Assembly: GCA_038883795.1 (NCBI GenBank)
Contig: JAVZLK010000007.1
Span: 22,111 to 86,110 of the forward strand
Source of the DNA: Candidatus Bathyarchaeia archaeon
GTDB lineage: Archaea; Thermoproteota; Bathyarchaeia; Bathyarchaeales; Bathycorpusculaceae
Reading direction: 5' to 3'
Length of the DNA: 64,000 nt
The position numbers and the translations under genes were made by a program. Below the pieces are notes generated by a model. The model worked only from the letters and a program-made list of their open reading frames with translations. It was not told the DNA's origin and searched no databases. This document shows positions 1-10,173 of this stretch, piece by piece (the stretch's first letter is position 1; every line of letters starts with the position of its first letter).

Positions 1-15
1 TTGATACCCTCCTCT

Positions 16-894
16 CTATTTTTTAATTTCAGACAATACGAAGTCCACAATTTCGTCTGCGATGTTAACTTTGGCTACTGACTGCAAGCCCCTCCAGCCT
101 GGTTGACTGTTAACCTCAACAACTAATGGTCCTTTTGGGCTTTCGAGAATGTCTACGCCTGCAATTTTGCAGTCTATGAGTTTTGCAGATTTAACAGCCA
201 AATCTTCCATAGCCTTATCAAGCGTGATTGGTTCTGGTTTGGCTCCTTGGCTATAATTTGTTTTCCAATTGTTTGCAACACGGCGCATGGCTGCAATCAC
301 ACGGTCGCCGACCACGAAGGCGCGAATATCAGAAAATCCATGGTGTATAAACTCTTGGACGTATATGACGCCGTGGTAGAAGGTTATGTTTCTAAATATT
401 GTTGAGGCAATTTCCGCGTCCTTAACTCTTGTTGAACCGATTCCTCTTGAGCCGAAAAGGGGTTTAATGACGACGTCTCCGCCAAGTTCATTAAACGCCT
501 TTAAAGCTTCGTCAACATTTTCTGTTACTGTTGTTCGTGGGACTGGGATGCCGTTTTCTTCTAAAATTGCCAAAATATCATACTTGTCAACGCAATGTTC
601 AATGGCTTCGGGCGGGTTTATAACATAAAAGCCTAAACGCTGAAGCCTATAAAGCATGTCCATCCTAAAAACTATCTCTTCAAGAGAACCACGCCCAATT
701 GGGCGGATTATTAGGGCATCTAAATCTTCTAAGAGGCGGATGTTTCCAACTTTCAAGTATGGCTTATATCCTATACGGGCTGTTAGTTGTGGGAAGCTGA
801 AGCATGTGTGGGGAATTTTGCGTTTTGTTAAGGCTTGTCTAAGCTGGGACGAGCTCCAAGAATTCTTGTTTCGCGTAACGATTCCAATTTTCAA
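16..894 (-). CDS. RimK-family ATP-grasp alpha-L-glutamate ligase (probable H4MPT or F420 glutamate ligase, MptN/CofF-like)
   Basis: ATP-grasp motifs VIKPLFGSRGIG, YVQEFI, DIRAFVVG, WKTNYSQG and EVNSQPGW; close to the mch/fwd genes. Confidence 0.85.
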   Translation of the reverse strand: MKIGIVTRNKNSWSSSQLRQALTKRKIPHTCFSFPQLTARIGYKPYLKVGNIRLLEDLDALIIRPIGRGSLEEIVFRMDMLYRLQRLGFYVINPPEAIEHCVDKYDILAILEENGIPVPRTTVTENVDEALKAFNELGGDVVIKPLFGSRGIGSTRVKDAEIASTIFRNITFYHGVIYVQEFIHHGFSDIRAFVVGDRVIAAMRRVANNWKTNYSQGAKPEPITLDKAMEDLAVKSAKLIDCKIAGVDILESPKGPLVVEVNSQPGWRGLQSVAKVNIADEIVDFVLSEIKK

Positions 895-971
895 AAGGAA
901 ACCTTCTATTCGCTTAATCTGTGAAAAATGCTATGGGAATATGCTCTTAAAGTTTCCGCGCTCATATAACG

Positions 972-1907
972 TTAAAATTTGTGGATGTAAGGAATAAATT
1001 GCCTGGCATTTTCAAACTTTTCCACCAAATCAATTTTTAAATAAGCGCCATAAGCGTTAAAGTATGGTGGTCCCTTCCGTGAAAATAATGTTAAGATTTT
1101 GCCTTTGTGGTTTATTTTGAAGCCTTCCATGCATGGTTCATGTCCCCTAATGAAAACTTTCACATTAAAAATTCTAAGCGTTTGTTCCGTAATTTTTTCG
1201 CCGAAAAGTTTTCCAGCTCCCCGAGGCGATGCACAAGAGTCTTTAACAATTTCGTTTGGGTCGCTCCAAAGCATTTCTTCAAGAAAGGGTTTTTCGGGGT
1301 GATTTTTGTGGGCATAAGCCAAATCCAACAGGGTCTTGGCTGTTGTTGGTAAGCCTCCATGAATCATTAAGCAGTGTTCTTCAACAAAAACTACAGTGTA
1401 GAGGTAATTGAACAGCTCGCGAATTTTTGTGTAGGCTTCCTCCCATTTCTCGCCAAATTTCATTTGAAACTCTAAAGGCAAATCATGCGGCGACGCAAGA
1501 AGGTCTTCTGGACCTTCGTGGTTTCCACGCATCAAAACCACTTGGGATGGAAAAAGAAGCTTCAATTTTAAAACTGTGTAGTAAATTTCTTTTGAGTATT
1601 CTCCTCTGTCGCCATAATCCCCCAAAAAAATGAGAAGTGCATTGGGGCTTTGGTTCATTTTTTGCAGAAAACTGCTTTCTTGGAAAATATGAATTAGGCT
1701 TTCCAAATCGCCGTGTAAGTCGCCAATTATTAAGGCTTCACCTTGAGGTTTTATGTTAACAAGCCTTCCCGTTATGTTTAAGTTTCCAATTTTCCCATTT
1801 TCTTTTGAAAGCATTTGCGTGACATCTTCCACCACTTTCACAAACTCATCGCATCGAGTTTCCAAAGCTTCTTTAACAATTTCAGAAAAGTTTACTTGCA
1901 AAATCAA
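972..1907 (-). CDS. PPP-family Ser/Thr protein phosphatase
   Basis: Motifs GDLHG, GDYGDRG, RGNHE, HGG, LWSDP, SPRGAG, RGHE and TLFS. Confidence 0.9.
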   Translation of the reverse strand: MILQVNFSEIVKEALETRCDEFVKVVEDVTQMLSKENGKIGNLNITGRLVNIKPQGEALIIGDLHGDLESLIHIFQESSFLQKMNQSPNALLIFLGDYGDRGEYSKEIYYTVLKLKLLFPSQVVLMRGNHEGPEDLLASPHDLPLEFQMKFGEKWEEAYTKIRELFNYLYTVVFVEEHCLMIHGGLPTTAKTLLDLAYAHKNHPEKPFLEEMLWSDPNEIVKDSCASPRGAGKLFGEKITEQTLRIFNVKVFIRGHEPCMEGFKINHKGKILTLFSRKGPPYFNAYGAYLKIDLVEKFENARQFIPYIHKF

Positions 1908-1915
1908 TCCTCAAA

Positions 1916-3190
1916 CTATTCGATGCGCACTTTTTTCCCGGCAAAATCCAAAATGTTCCTTTCTATCTGATCCTTATGATTTTGGATTTTCTCCATTGTG
2001 GCATCAATTGTCTGTTCCAAAACGCTTACTTCAGACTCTAAAGCCCGCCTTTTCTGCTCCAGCCTATCAAGATTCTCTTGAAGCTTTACCAAGCCACTTC
2101 TTGTTTCGGCTACTTCCGCTGATGCGGAAAGCTGTTTTCTCCGAAACATAATATCAACACATTTTTTGTGCAAATCCGTTAGAGAATTCTTGTTAAGGAT
2201 GTTGCTTATGGCTTGCTCAGCCTTTCGCATCTTATCCGGTTTCAGCTTAAGCTTCCCACCAGCCATAGCTTTGGCTAATTTTTGGAGAATCTGCCTCAAA
2301 AGAGGATAACCAAACTCTTCTGTAGAAAAGGCTTCAAGGGGTTTCTCCAAATATTGGTTAAGCTTGTTAATCTCTTCCGGGGTTAAACCGCCTCCTTCGC
2401 TATGAAGCGCTAAGGATTGAAGCTTTATGAGGGGTTTTTGAAGATGCTGCAAATTACGCTTCAACTCACCGTTAAGAGCTTCTATTTCCAAATCTATTTG
2501 GCTTAATTGACTTATTCCCCCCTTTCTTTTTAATTCAGCCATTCTTTTTTGAGTTTCAGAAATTTCCCCCTCAACCAAAGCCTTTTCAGTCTCTACACTT
2601 TTCCTCTGTTCACCCAATTTTACAATTTCTTTCTCTAAAGCTTGAAGTTTTTCAATAAGTTGGAAAGTTTCTTCCAAGGTTTTGGTTTTAACATACTCTT
2701 TTGTTAGGAAATCGTTAAGTTCCTTAAGCGACGCTTTCGCCCTTTCAAAAACCGTTAAGAATTTTCTCCTGTCAAGGATGAAAAAGGGTGAAATTCTCGG
2801 AAACCAGTTTCGAATATCAACTTCCGTCACCAAAAACGCCCTCTGAGTTTCTTGGACAAAATCGCGAAAACCATCATAAGAAACCTTTTCCGGAACCTCA
2901 ATTTGCCGCATTCTATCCAAAAACAAACGCGAAAGCTTGTTTAGGGCTCTGGCTCTCCCATAAGTTTTCATATTCCTCTTCTCAATCTCCTTACTACTAT
3001 TATCCAAAAGCATCCTGCTCGAATCCACGAGACTTTCGAGGGATTTACGCATCTCACCAAGCAATTTTTGAGCCTTAGCATGAACGGGAACAAAAATTGA
3101 GCTTGTCTCTTTTTCAAGCCAACCCTTAACCTCGCTGGAAGAGAATTTTAATGCTTCTGTCACACGGTTTTCCCAATAGAAGATACACAT
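1916..3190 (-). CDS. Hypothetical coiled-coil protein (start uncertain)
   Basis: 424-aa ORF rich in E/K/L/Q heptads; co-oriented with the phosphatase, 8-bp gap. Confidence 0.75.
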   Translation of the reverse strand: MCIFYWENRVTEALKFSSSEVKGWLEKETSSIFVPVHAKAQKLLGEMRKSLESLVDSSRMLLDNSSKEIEKRNMKTYGRARALNKLSRLFLDRMRQIEVPEKVSYDGFRDFVQETQRAFLVTEVDIRNWFPRISPFFILDRRKFLTVFERAKASLKELNDFLTKEYVKTKTLEETFQLIEKLQALEKEIVKLGEQRKSVETEKALVEGEISETQKRMAELKRKGGISQLSQIDLEIEALNGELKRNLQHLQKPLIKLQSLALHSEGGGLTPEEINKLNQYLEKPLEAFSTEEFGYPLLRQILQKLAKAMAGGKLKLKPDKMRKAEQAISNILNKNSLTDLHKKCVDIMFRRKQLSASAEVAETRSGLVKLQENLDRLEQKRRALESEVSVLEQTIDATMEKIQNHKDQIERNILDFAGKKVRIE

Positions 3191-3286
3191 AAGCCATATT
3201 TAATTTTCTAGAATTGGACTCTTTTTTGAGTAGCTACTCTTAAATAATAAACTAAATTAACTCAGCATTAGAGTTCGGGATGAAAA

Positions 3287-3883
3287 ATGGATGCGAAACA
3301 AATAGCATTTATAGCAACAATGAGCGCTTTAGGCGCCTCCCTTTCCATAATTTCGCTGCACATGGCGCCCATAACCATAGTGGTTCCAGGACAAGGAGGA
3401 GCAGCCCTAGACTTATCGCACCTTGCCACTTTCGTCGCGGCTGTTTTCGGCGGACCTTACATAGGCGCAACAGTTGGCTTCTTAAGCGGCATTTACGCTG
3501 GTTACTATTTTGGTTATGTGATTGGCGGCCTCGGAATCCTTTCTCTCATAGGAGTGCCTTTTGGAAAAGCTTTGACGGGTTTCACGGCGGGCTTTCTCTA
3601 TAAAAAACTACAAATACATAACAGCCCACGCCCTTCAACATTAACCATTCCCATATTACTCGTTTCTTATATCCCAGAATGCATTTACACAATCGTTTAT
3701 TTCCTATACATAGTTCAGATCGTCTATGGATGGGGAATGGGCTTCATGATACCAATAGTTATTCCAAAAGCATGGATAGAAATAGCCATAATGAGCCTCC
3801 TAATGGGGATGCTTGTTGGAAACGCTGGTTTTAGAGAATTCATTCTTAGGTTCTTTTATGCATCCAAACTGAAAAAATCATAA
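3287..3883 (+). CDS. ECF transporter S component-like membrane protein
   Basis: About 6 TM segments; KQIAFIATMSALG N-terminus and LDLSH...FGGPYIGATVG pattern. Confidence 0.7.
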   Translation: MDAKQIAFIATMSALGASLSIISLHMAPITIVVPGQGGAALDLSHLATFVAAVFGGPYIGATVGFLSGIYAGYYFGYVIGGLGILSLIGVPFGKALTGFTAGFLYKKLQIHNSPRPSTLTIPILLVSYIPECIYTIVYFLYIVQIVYGWGMGFMIPIVIPKAWIEIAIMSLLMGMLVGNAGFREFILRFFYASKLKKS

Positions 3884-4855
3884 AGTAGAACCTTCGAAGC
3901 TAAACGATTCCTTTAGGGCTCTAGTGTTTATTTCTCCATTCTGGAAGGTGTTGCCTGTTTTCACGTTGTTAATTGTTATAACTGCTGGTGCGAAGAGGTT
4001 TGGGTCTATTTTGTAAAAGTCATAGTTGGCTTCTTTGAAAATTTCTATGAAGGGTTTACCATAACTTTTAGACGCCTTAGACGGCGCCTTTTCCACAATT
4101 TTTTTCAGCGTTTCTTCATCATCATGTTCAACTATGAAGTAAGTTGTTCCGCCGTAGAGGATGGCATCGTTTGTTCTCGCCATTGCCCGCGTGAATTTTG
4201 GATGAATTGGCGGAATTGGAGCACATCCGCAAGCATATAATATTGTTTTTGGGTTTAACCCCAACTTTCTGAGTTTGTGGATTCCGGTTTCAACAATTCT
4301 TCCCGCAACTTGTGTGGCGCCGGTTATGCTGGCTGTAGGCGTTAAAATCACAGCCAAGTTTTCTTGTGAAATTTTGCAATCTTTTGCGAATCTTTCTAAT
4401 AGTTTTTCTGGCGGAGGCTTGTCCGTTTCTAAAACTATAATTCCCTTGTCAAAGTCGTCCTTATACCCAATTTCTTCGTAGATTTCCTTGGGCTTTAGGG
4501 CTAAGGCTCTTGCTGGTCCAGAACCTATTGCAAAGTAGTCGCCTTCCTTAATTTGCCAACCAGCATACTGCGAGCCCAAAGTTGAAATGGCTGGATGGTC
4601 TGTATACACAAAAATTGATGGAAGCGCCATGTCGCCATACTGTTTATCGATTATCTCTGTTTTTCCACAGCCTCCCATGCAAATTTCAGTTACGAGTTTT
4701 CCAGCTTCAAATCCACCATTAACATTTATTCCGGCATCCACAATTGTTACGCCAGAACTCGTTTTTTCCACGTTCACTCCATAAAATTCCGCGTTATTGC
4801 AAAGTTTTTCCAAAATTTTCCATGCCAAACGGTTAACGCTTAAAATTTTTTCCAT
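3878..4855 (-). CDS. mch: Methenyltetrahydromethanopterin cyclohydrolase
   Basis: Motifs LSVN, ICMGG, TDHPAISTLGSQYAGW, GSGPARALA, TNDAILYGG and DFYKIDPNLFAPA; start set at ATG 4855 behind GGAG. Confidence 0.95.
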   Translation of the reverse strand: MEKILSVNRLAWKILEKLCNNAEFYGVNVEKTSSGVTIVDAGINVNGGFEAGKLVTEICMGGCGKTEIIDKQYGDMALPSIFVYTDHPAISTLGSQYAGWQIKEGDYFAIGSGPARALALKPKEIYEEIGYKDDFDKGIIVLETDKPPPEKLLERFAKDCKISQENLAVILTPTASITGATQVAGRIVETGIHKLRKLGLNPKTILYACGCAPIPPIHPKFTRAMARTNDAILYGGTTYFIVEHDDEETLKKIVEKAPSKASKSYGKPFIEIFKEANYDFYKIDPNLFAPAVITINNVKTGNTFQNGEINTRALKESFSFEGSTL

Positions 4856-4868
4856 AGCATTTTCTCCT

Positions 4869-5693
4869 TCAAAGAAGCCTTTCATAATGGTTTAGGTGGG
4901 GATTCTTTTCTCTAGAAACATAAAGTTTGCCTTCGCCATTTTCAACCAAGTCTCCGAGGAAAAGGTAGAAAGGTCCAGCAACTGTTTCGCCTTCCTCAAT
5001 TTTCACTTTTTCTTTTATGCTGTCAATGGTGAATGTGGGCAGAATCGACTCCAAGAAGCCTCCTACAACTATTTTTCCGCCCTTCATGCATGCTCCAGCC
5101 CTTCCGCCAGAATCCTTTTCAACAAATATTGTTCCGTCCCGCATGCGCAAACCCAAGAATTGACCAGCATTTCCGTAAATTTTGATTAACCCATTCCTCA
5201 TGTAAGCGCCAGTCTCATTCCCAACATTTCCATAAACAACAATTTTGCCGCCACGCATGCCCTCGCTGCTTCCACGGTAAGGAGCGCCTAAATAGTCGCT
5301 GGCATCCCCGTGAATTTCGATGGTTCCGCCTTTCATCATTGAGCCAGCCCATCCGCCAACATTCCCGTGGACAGTTATTTTTCCTTCTTTCATTTCTTCG
5401 CCTAAATGCATGCCAACATCGCCGTGAATTATGATTTCGCCACTTTTCATGCTTGCGCCTATTCGTCTAACTTTGCTTACATCGCCCTTTATGGTTATGA
5501 TTTCCTTTTCCTGCGGGTTTTCTGTTCTGGTTTCTTCAACTTTGAAGAGTTCTCTGAGCGTTTTTTGTTTGTTTCCCTCCCAGATTTTTAGCTCCTCAAT
5601 TTCTTTGGTTGTTTTGCCGTGGAAAATATCTGGGTTTATGCATTCAGCAATTATTGGAAAATGGAATTCCTTTCTCGGAGTTAGGGTTATCAT
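4869..5693 (-). CDS. fwdC: Formylmethanofuran dehydrogenase subunit C
   Basis: GxxMxxGxIxxxG beta-helix repeats; GAPYRG motif; operon position. Confidence 0.95.
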   Translation of the reverse strand: MITLTPRKEFHFPIIAECINPDIFHGKTTKEIEELKIWEGNKQKTLRELFKVEETRTENPQEKEIITIKGDVSKVRRIGASMKSGEIIIHGDVGMHLGEEMKEGKITVHGNVGGWAGSMMKGGTIEIHGDASDYLGAPYRGSSEGMRGGKIVVYGNVGNETGAYMRNGLIKIYGNAGQFLGLRMRDGTIFVEKDSGGRAGACMKGGKIVVGGFLESILPTFTIDSIKEKVKIEEGETVAGPFYLFLGDLVENGEGKLYVSREKNPHLNHYERLL

Positions 5694-5694
5694 T

Positions 5695-7386
5695 TTACAC
5701 CTTTGCCTCTACATTTATTGGTTGTGAAATTTCAAGATAATTTTCTGTTACTGGATAGTTTTCACATTCAACAGTCCAGTATTCCCTAAACCTTCGCCGC
5801 ATATCCTCACTTATCCTTGCTGGTTCAGAAACTTTCACGTCAAGCCACATGGTGGCGCCCTCCAAATGTTTCACGATTTCTCCATTTTTGACAACAATTT
5901 TCCCACCTTTAATCGTGAAGGCAGCCCTCTTGAAGGCTTTCCTCACAGCCCGATACTTCCTTGAAGGGTCAATTGTCACAGGGTTTAAGTTGTATATGGC
6001 TATGTCTGCATCCGCCCCCACGCCCAAATGCCCCTTACTTTTTAGCCCTAAAGCTTTTGCTTGCCCAGCCCGTGTCATTATCGCTATTTCTTTAAAGCTT
6101 AATTCTCGGTTTATGGATGGGAGAAGGCTTCTGCTTCTTGCCCTTGGATTAATCTTTTTTAGGGTTGCTTCTCTGGCTTTTCTGCTCATGAGCCAAGCAA
6201 TAATTCTTGGATAAGCCGTGAATGGTCCGCCGTTTGGGTGATCCGTGGTTAAGAAAATTTTCCATGGGTCTTTTATTAGGAGGGCTAGTTCTAAGCCTAT
6301 GGACCATTGGATGGCGTGGACATAGCTTTTTCGACGATAGTGGAAGGGAACTATGCCAGCGCTTGTCTCTGTTTCCACATCATGGTTAACCCATTTGTTT
6401 CCGCTCAACTCATAAAGCGTATACTGGAAGGGACCATCAGCAGTCATAGTTGTTGTGTCTGTAAATATCACTTGCCCCATGTCCAAAGTAACATGAGAAT
6501 GGGCATTAACATAGTTGGCAATTTCCTCCGCTCCAGACTCGAGCGTTCTCCAATCGCTACCCTTAAAGGCTGAAAACTGACAATGCGTTATGTGAATTGC
6601 AGGCTTATTTTCGGTGGCTAAATCCTCAACACATTTCATGGTCTCCAAAGCCGTTAAAAAGTTTCCAGGCTTTCCGAGGTTATTTGTGTGAACGTGAATA
6701 GTATGGGGCAAATTAAGAAGCCTATTCACTTTACAGAGTCCCCGAAGGATTTCGCGAGGCGTTATGCAAAAACATGGGATTTGGTCGTCAAGACTTTGGA
6801 CGTTACTGCCAAAACCCCAAGCTTCAAGACCGCCTGGATTAACAATTTTTATGGCATAGCCTTTCGTTGAAGTTATCATCCAAGCCACATGTTTTGCGCA
6901 TTCCTCAATTTTTCCATCTTTCAAATATTCAAGCACGAACCACCAGTCGCCAAGAAGCGGATAACTCGCCTTATCAACCATTGGTGTGTCGCTTAACTCT
7001 TCATGGGTATGTTTAGCCTCTAAGGGTGGCATTGAAGGATTCATTATTGTCGTATAACCCATTCTTGAGTAACGATAACCAGTGGTGAAGGTTGAAGGAA
7101 TCGAATAGCCAACCCCAGACCTTGTCACGGCTGTTTTAGGCTCAAAATCCCTAAAATGGTCTTCGGGTCTTAAAAGTCTGCCACTATTCACTTCGGAACC
7201 TGCAATATGGCAGTGAATGTCCACGCCGCCTGGCATAACGATCATGCCGGAAGCATCTATTTTTCTGGCTTTACGTTCGTTAACCTTTTCAACAATTTTT
7301 CCATCCTTAACGGCTATGTCCATTTTTTCGCCGTCAACACCATTAACTGGGTCGTAGACAAAGCCATTCCTTATTAAAAGCTCCAT
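5695..7386 (-). CDS. fwdA: Formylmethanofuran dehydrogenase subunit A (amidohydrolase)
   Basis: Motifs PGGVDIHCHIAG, KIVNPGG, HVHTNNLG, TMTADGP and TTDHPNGGPF. Confidence 0.95.
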   Translation of the reverse strand: MELLIRNGFVYDPVNGVDGEKMDIAVKDGKIVEKVNERKARKIDASGMIVMPGGVDIHCHIAGSEVNSGRLLRPEDHFRDFEPKTAVTRSGVGYSIPSTFTTGYRYSRMGYTTIMNPSMPPLEAKHTHEELSDTPMVDKASYPLLGDWWFVLEYLKDGKIEECAKHVAWMITSTKGYAIKIVNPGGLEAWGFGSNVQSLDDQIPCFCITPREILRGLCKVNRLLNLPHTIHVHTNNLGKPGNFLTALETMKCVEDLATENKPAIHITHCQFSAFKGSDWRTLESGAEEIANYVNAHSHVTLDMGQVIFTDTTTMTADGPFQYTLYELSGNKWVNHDVETETSAGIVPFHYRRKSYVHAIQWSIGLELALLIKDPWKIFLTTDHPNGGPFTAYPRIIAWLMSRKAREATLKKINPRARSRSLLPSINRELSFKEIAIMTRAGQAKALGLKSKGHLGVGADADIAIYNLNPVTIDPSRKYRAVRKAFKRAAFTIKGGKIVVKNGEIVKHLEGATMWLDVKVSEPARISEDMRRRFREYWTVECENYPVTENYLEISQPINVEAKV

Positions 7387-8841
7387 TTATGATGCCTCCG
7401 CCCTTTTCTTCTTTATCTTCCTAACTTCCGCAAGAATTCGCCTCAGAATTTCTTCATCTGAAAGTACGCCCTTTGGCGGGTCAACCACTTTCTTAAGCGG
7501 AAGCGGAACATGATCCATGCGATAGGCTGTTCCGCCAGCTTCTATGCCAACAAAAGCTGATGGCAAAACAACATCAGCCATTTGGGCAGTCGCATTCATG
7601 TGAGGGTCTATAACTATCAAGGGATTCTTGACTAAGTGTTCAGCTGCTGCTTTTGGAAAGTTGGCAACAGGGTCTGAAGCTATTATTAGGGCTGCGTCTG
7701 ATTCCTTACGCAAGAGAACATCAACCACGGATGTCTCGCCGGGATTATAGCGAGGATAGCCAAGTGAAAAGTCCACAGCGTATGGATAGCCAGTCTGCCA
7801 CGTGAAAACTGTGTTGGCGCCTGTAACGTTAAAGTGTCCCCTCATGGGCATTATCACAAATTTTGTCCGCATGTTTAAGTCCCGAACTAGAGAAAGAGCT
7901 GCGTCAATGTTTCTCAATTTACCACTGCTCATTGTTAATCCAAGCCCGAAGAAAAGCACCCCAAAATCGCATCTGATCATCAAATCGGCAACTTCTTCCA
8001 AATACTCCACTGGAACTCCAGCAACCGTGTCAACATCAATTTCTTGGTCTCGAATCAAAGCCCTGAAGGCTTGGAGAAGCTCATAATCCTTGTTCGGCTC
8101 AACTTGAATGAAGTAGTCGGCGATTTCTGCAGACCTTGTCTTTCTAACGTCAATCACTATGAGTTTTCTACCCTCTTTAAAAAGAGTCGAAGGAGGCTCA
8201 TTCCTAACGTATGTTGGAGCGGAAGGCTTTCCCTTAAAAAACACTCTTCTTATTGCACTTTCAATCTTTTTTCTAACAATTGAGGCTTTAATCTTGTTTA
8301 AGTAGCCTCTCCAAGCACTTTTCTCAAAGCGCCCTTCAGAAAAGGCTGTGTACCTTTCTATGTGGCGTGGATGAGCACTCCAGGGGTTGCTTCCCCAATA
8401 AACGACTAGGTCTGCCCTATGCCTAATCTGCCCAAGAGTGCATGATGGAATCCCAACCTCTTGAATGCTTAAAATTGATGGTCCGTGGCAAACCACTGAT
8501 GTGTTGTCAATTACGCCTCCAACCTCTTCGGCTAATTCTAAGCCTAAGCTTATGGCTTCGCAGCTTGTTGAGCTCCAACCATACAAGACTGGATAGTTAG
8601 CGTCAGCCAAAATTTCCGCAGCCCTTCCAATAGCCTCTTTCATTGAAGCCTTAACAAGTTCCCCATTCTTTCTTATGAGAGGTTTTAAAAGTCTATGCTC
8701 GCTGTTGTAGCCCAGAAATTTTGATTCGCACATGGCGCAGCCATTTTTGACTTTAACTATTCTTCCATCTTCAACCGTTAATTCTATGTCGTCGCATAGG
8801 CTTCCACATATGGGACACGTCACAGCCTTAACAACAGTCAT
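7387..8841 (-). CDS. fwdB: Formylmethanofuran dehydrogenase subunit B (W/Mo-bis-pterin, Cys ligand)
   Basis: CPICGSLCDD Fe-S motif; VCHGPS; HPRH; MRGHFNV; WQTGYP. Confidence 0.95.
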   Translation of the reverse strand: MTVVKAVTCPICGSLCDDIELTVEDGRIVKVKNGCAMCESKFLGYNSEHRLLKPLIRKNGELVKASMKEAIGRAAEILADANYPVLYGWSSTSCEAISLGLELAEEVGGVIDNTSVVCHGPSILSIQEVGIPSCTLGQIRHRADLVVYWGSNPWSAHPRHIERYTAFSEGRFEKSAWRGYLNKIKASIVRKKIESAIRRVFFKGKPSAPTYVRNEPPSTLFKEGRKLIVIDVRKTRSAEIADYFIQVEPNKDYELLQAFRALIRDQEIDVDTVAGVPVEYLEEVADLMIRCDFGVLFFGLGLTMSSGKLRNIDAALSLVRDLNMRTKFVIMPMRGHFNVTGANTVFTWQTGYPYAVDFSLGYPRYNPGETSVVDVLLRKESDAALIIASDPVANFPKAAAEHLVKNPLIVIDPHMNATAQMADVVLPSAFVGIEAGGTAYRMDHVPLPLKKVVDPPKGVLSDEEILRRILAEVRKIKKKRAEAS

Positions 8842-9248
8842 TCAGATTCCTTCCCAAACTCCATCCTAAGAAGCTCTTTTAAACTTAAGATCGGTTTGTC
8901 TGGTGCGGGCTCGACTTCTGCTGGAATTCCCTTGAACGATGGCATTCCAATTCCATGGGTTTCTGGATTAACTATGACATTTGCCCATGGACCATAAGGA
9001 ATAAAAATCACGCCTGGATGAGGCGCCCTAAGAGACTTTAAGGCTTTAATAACAACCGAACCATAATCCGTCGAAACCATAACATTAGTCTTCTCCTTTA
9101 TGCCAAGCCTCTTCAAATCTTCAGGGTCCATGTAACATACGGAAACACTTTCCACATACTCCTTTGAAGCTTTTCCTCGCTCTTTTCCAACGCCTTGCTC
9201 TATGGTTCTTCCAGTAAGCAATGTCACGCGCAGTTTTGGCTTATCCAT
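8838..9248 (-). CDS. fwdD: Formylmethanofuran dehydrogenase subunit D
   Basis: Motifs LLTGRTIEQG, IFIPYGPWAN and GMPSFKG; start set at ATG 9248. Confidence 0.92.
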   Translation of the reverse strand: MDKPKLRVTLLTGRTIEQGVGKERGKASKEYVESVSVCYMDPEDLKRLGIKEKTNVMVSTDYGSVVIKALKSLRAPHPGVIFIPYGPWANVIVNPETHGIGMPSFKGIPAEVEPAPDKPILSLKELLRMEFGKESE

Positions 9249-9376
9249 GTCTAACACGCATTTGAAAGGTAAATTGTGCAACATTATTTAATTAACTTTT
9301 ATCTTCTCGCCTTAATCACCGGAAAGGCTTTTAAGTTAAAGATGATAGTAGAAGGTGCTTTGAATTTGAATTAAGG

Positions 9377-10165
9377 TTGAAGGTGTTGGTTAACGAAGTA
9401 GTCATAGAAGTTAAGGGTTTAGTAAAGCATTATGGAGAAGTTAAAGCCCTTGACGATGTTTCCTTCACTGTTGAAAGTGGAGAAATTTTCGGGCTTCTAG
9501 GACCAAACGGCGCTGGAAAAACTACTTTGATTGAGATACTTTGTGGTTTGAGAAGGTTTGATAAGGGAGAAGCGACGATTCTTGGTTTGGATTTAGCTAA
9601 AGATGCCTATAAAATTCGCAGTTTAATTGGATTTTGCCCACAAGAAACCCTTCTCTATGATTTATTAAGCGTATATGAAAATCTTAGTTTTACAGCTTCT
9701 CTTTATTCGTTATCCTCAAAAAGGTTCAAGGAAAGGGTGGAGTTTCTCTCAAAAGTTTTGGGTATAGGCGAGTTCATGAAAAAGAAGGCGAAGGAACTTT
9801 CAGGAGGAATGAAAAGAAGAGCAAATCTGGCAGCTTCAATAATTCATGACCCGCCCATGCTAATTTTGGACGAGCCAACAGTTGGTTTTGATCCAAATGT
9901 TAAGAGGGAGTTTTGGGAAACCATAAAGATGCTTAAGCGTGATGGAAAAACCGTGCTGCTTTCAACTCATGACATGTATGAGGCTGATGAGCTCTGCGAC
10001 AGGGTCGCCATAATAGATAACGGAAAAATAGTAGCCATAGACAAGCCTCAAGTGCTTAAGGAAAAGGTGGGCGGAAAAGCATCTATACTAATAAGAGTTA
10101 AGGTTTTGGAACCCACGTTAGAAGACGTTTTCGTAAGGTTGACTGGAAGAAAACTTTTGGAGTAA
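9377..10165 (+). CDS. ABC-2 type exporter ATP-binding subunit
   Basis: Walker A GPNGAGKT, LSGGM signature, ILDEPT, STH. Confidence 0.92.
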   Translation: MKVLVNEVVIEVKGLVKHYGEVKALDDVSFTVESGEIFGLLGPNGAGKTTLIEILCGLRRFDKGEATILGLDLAKDAYKIRSLIGFCPQETLLYDLLSVYENLSFTASLYSLSSKRFKERVEFLSKVLGIGEFMKKKAKELSGGMKRRANLAASIIHDPPMLILDEPTVGFDPNVKREFWETIKMLKRDGKTVLLSTHDMYEADELCDRVAIIDNGKIVAIDKPQVLKEKVGGKASILIRVKVLEPTLEDVFVRLTGRKLLE

Positions 10166-10173
10166 GAATCTAA

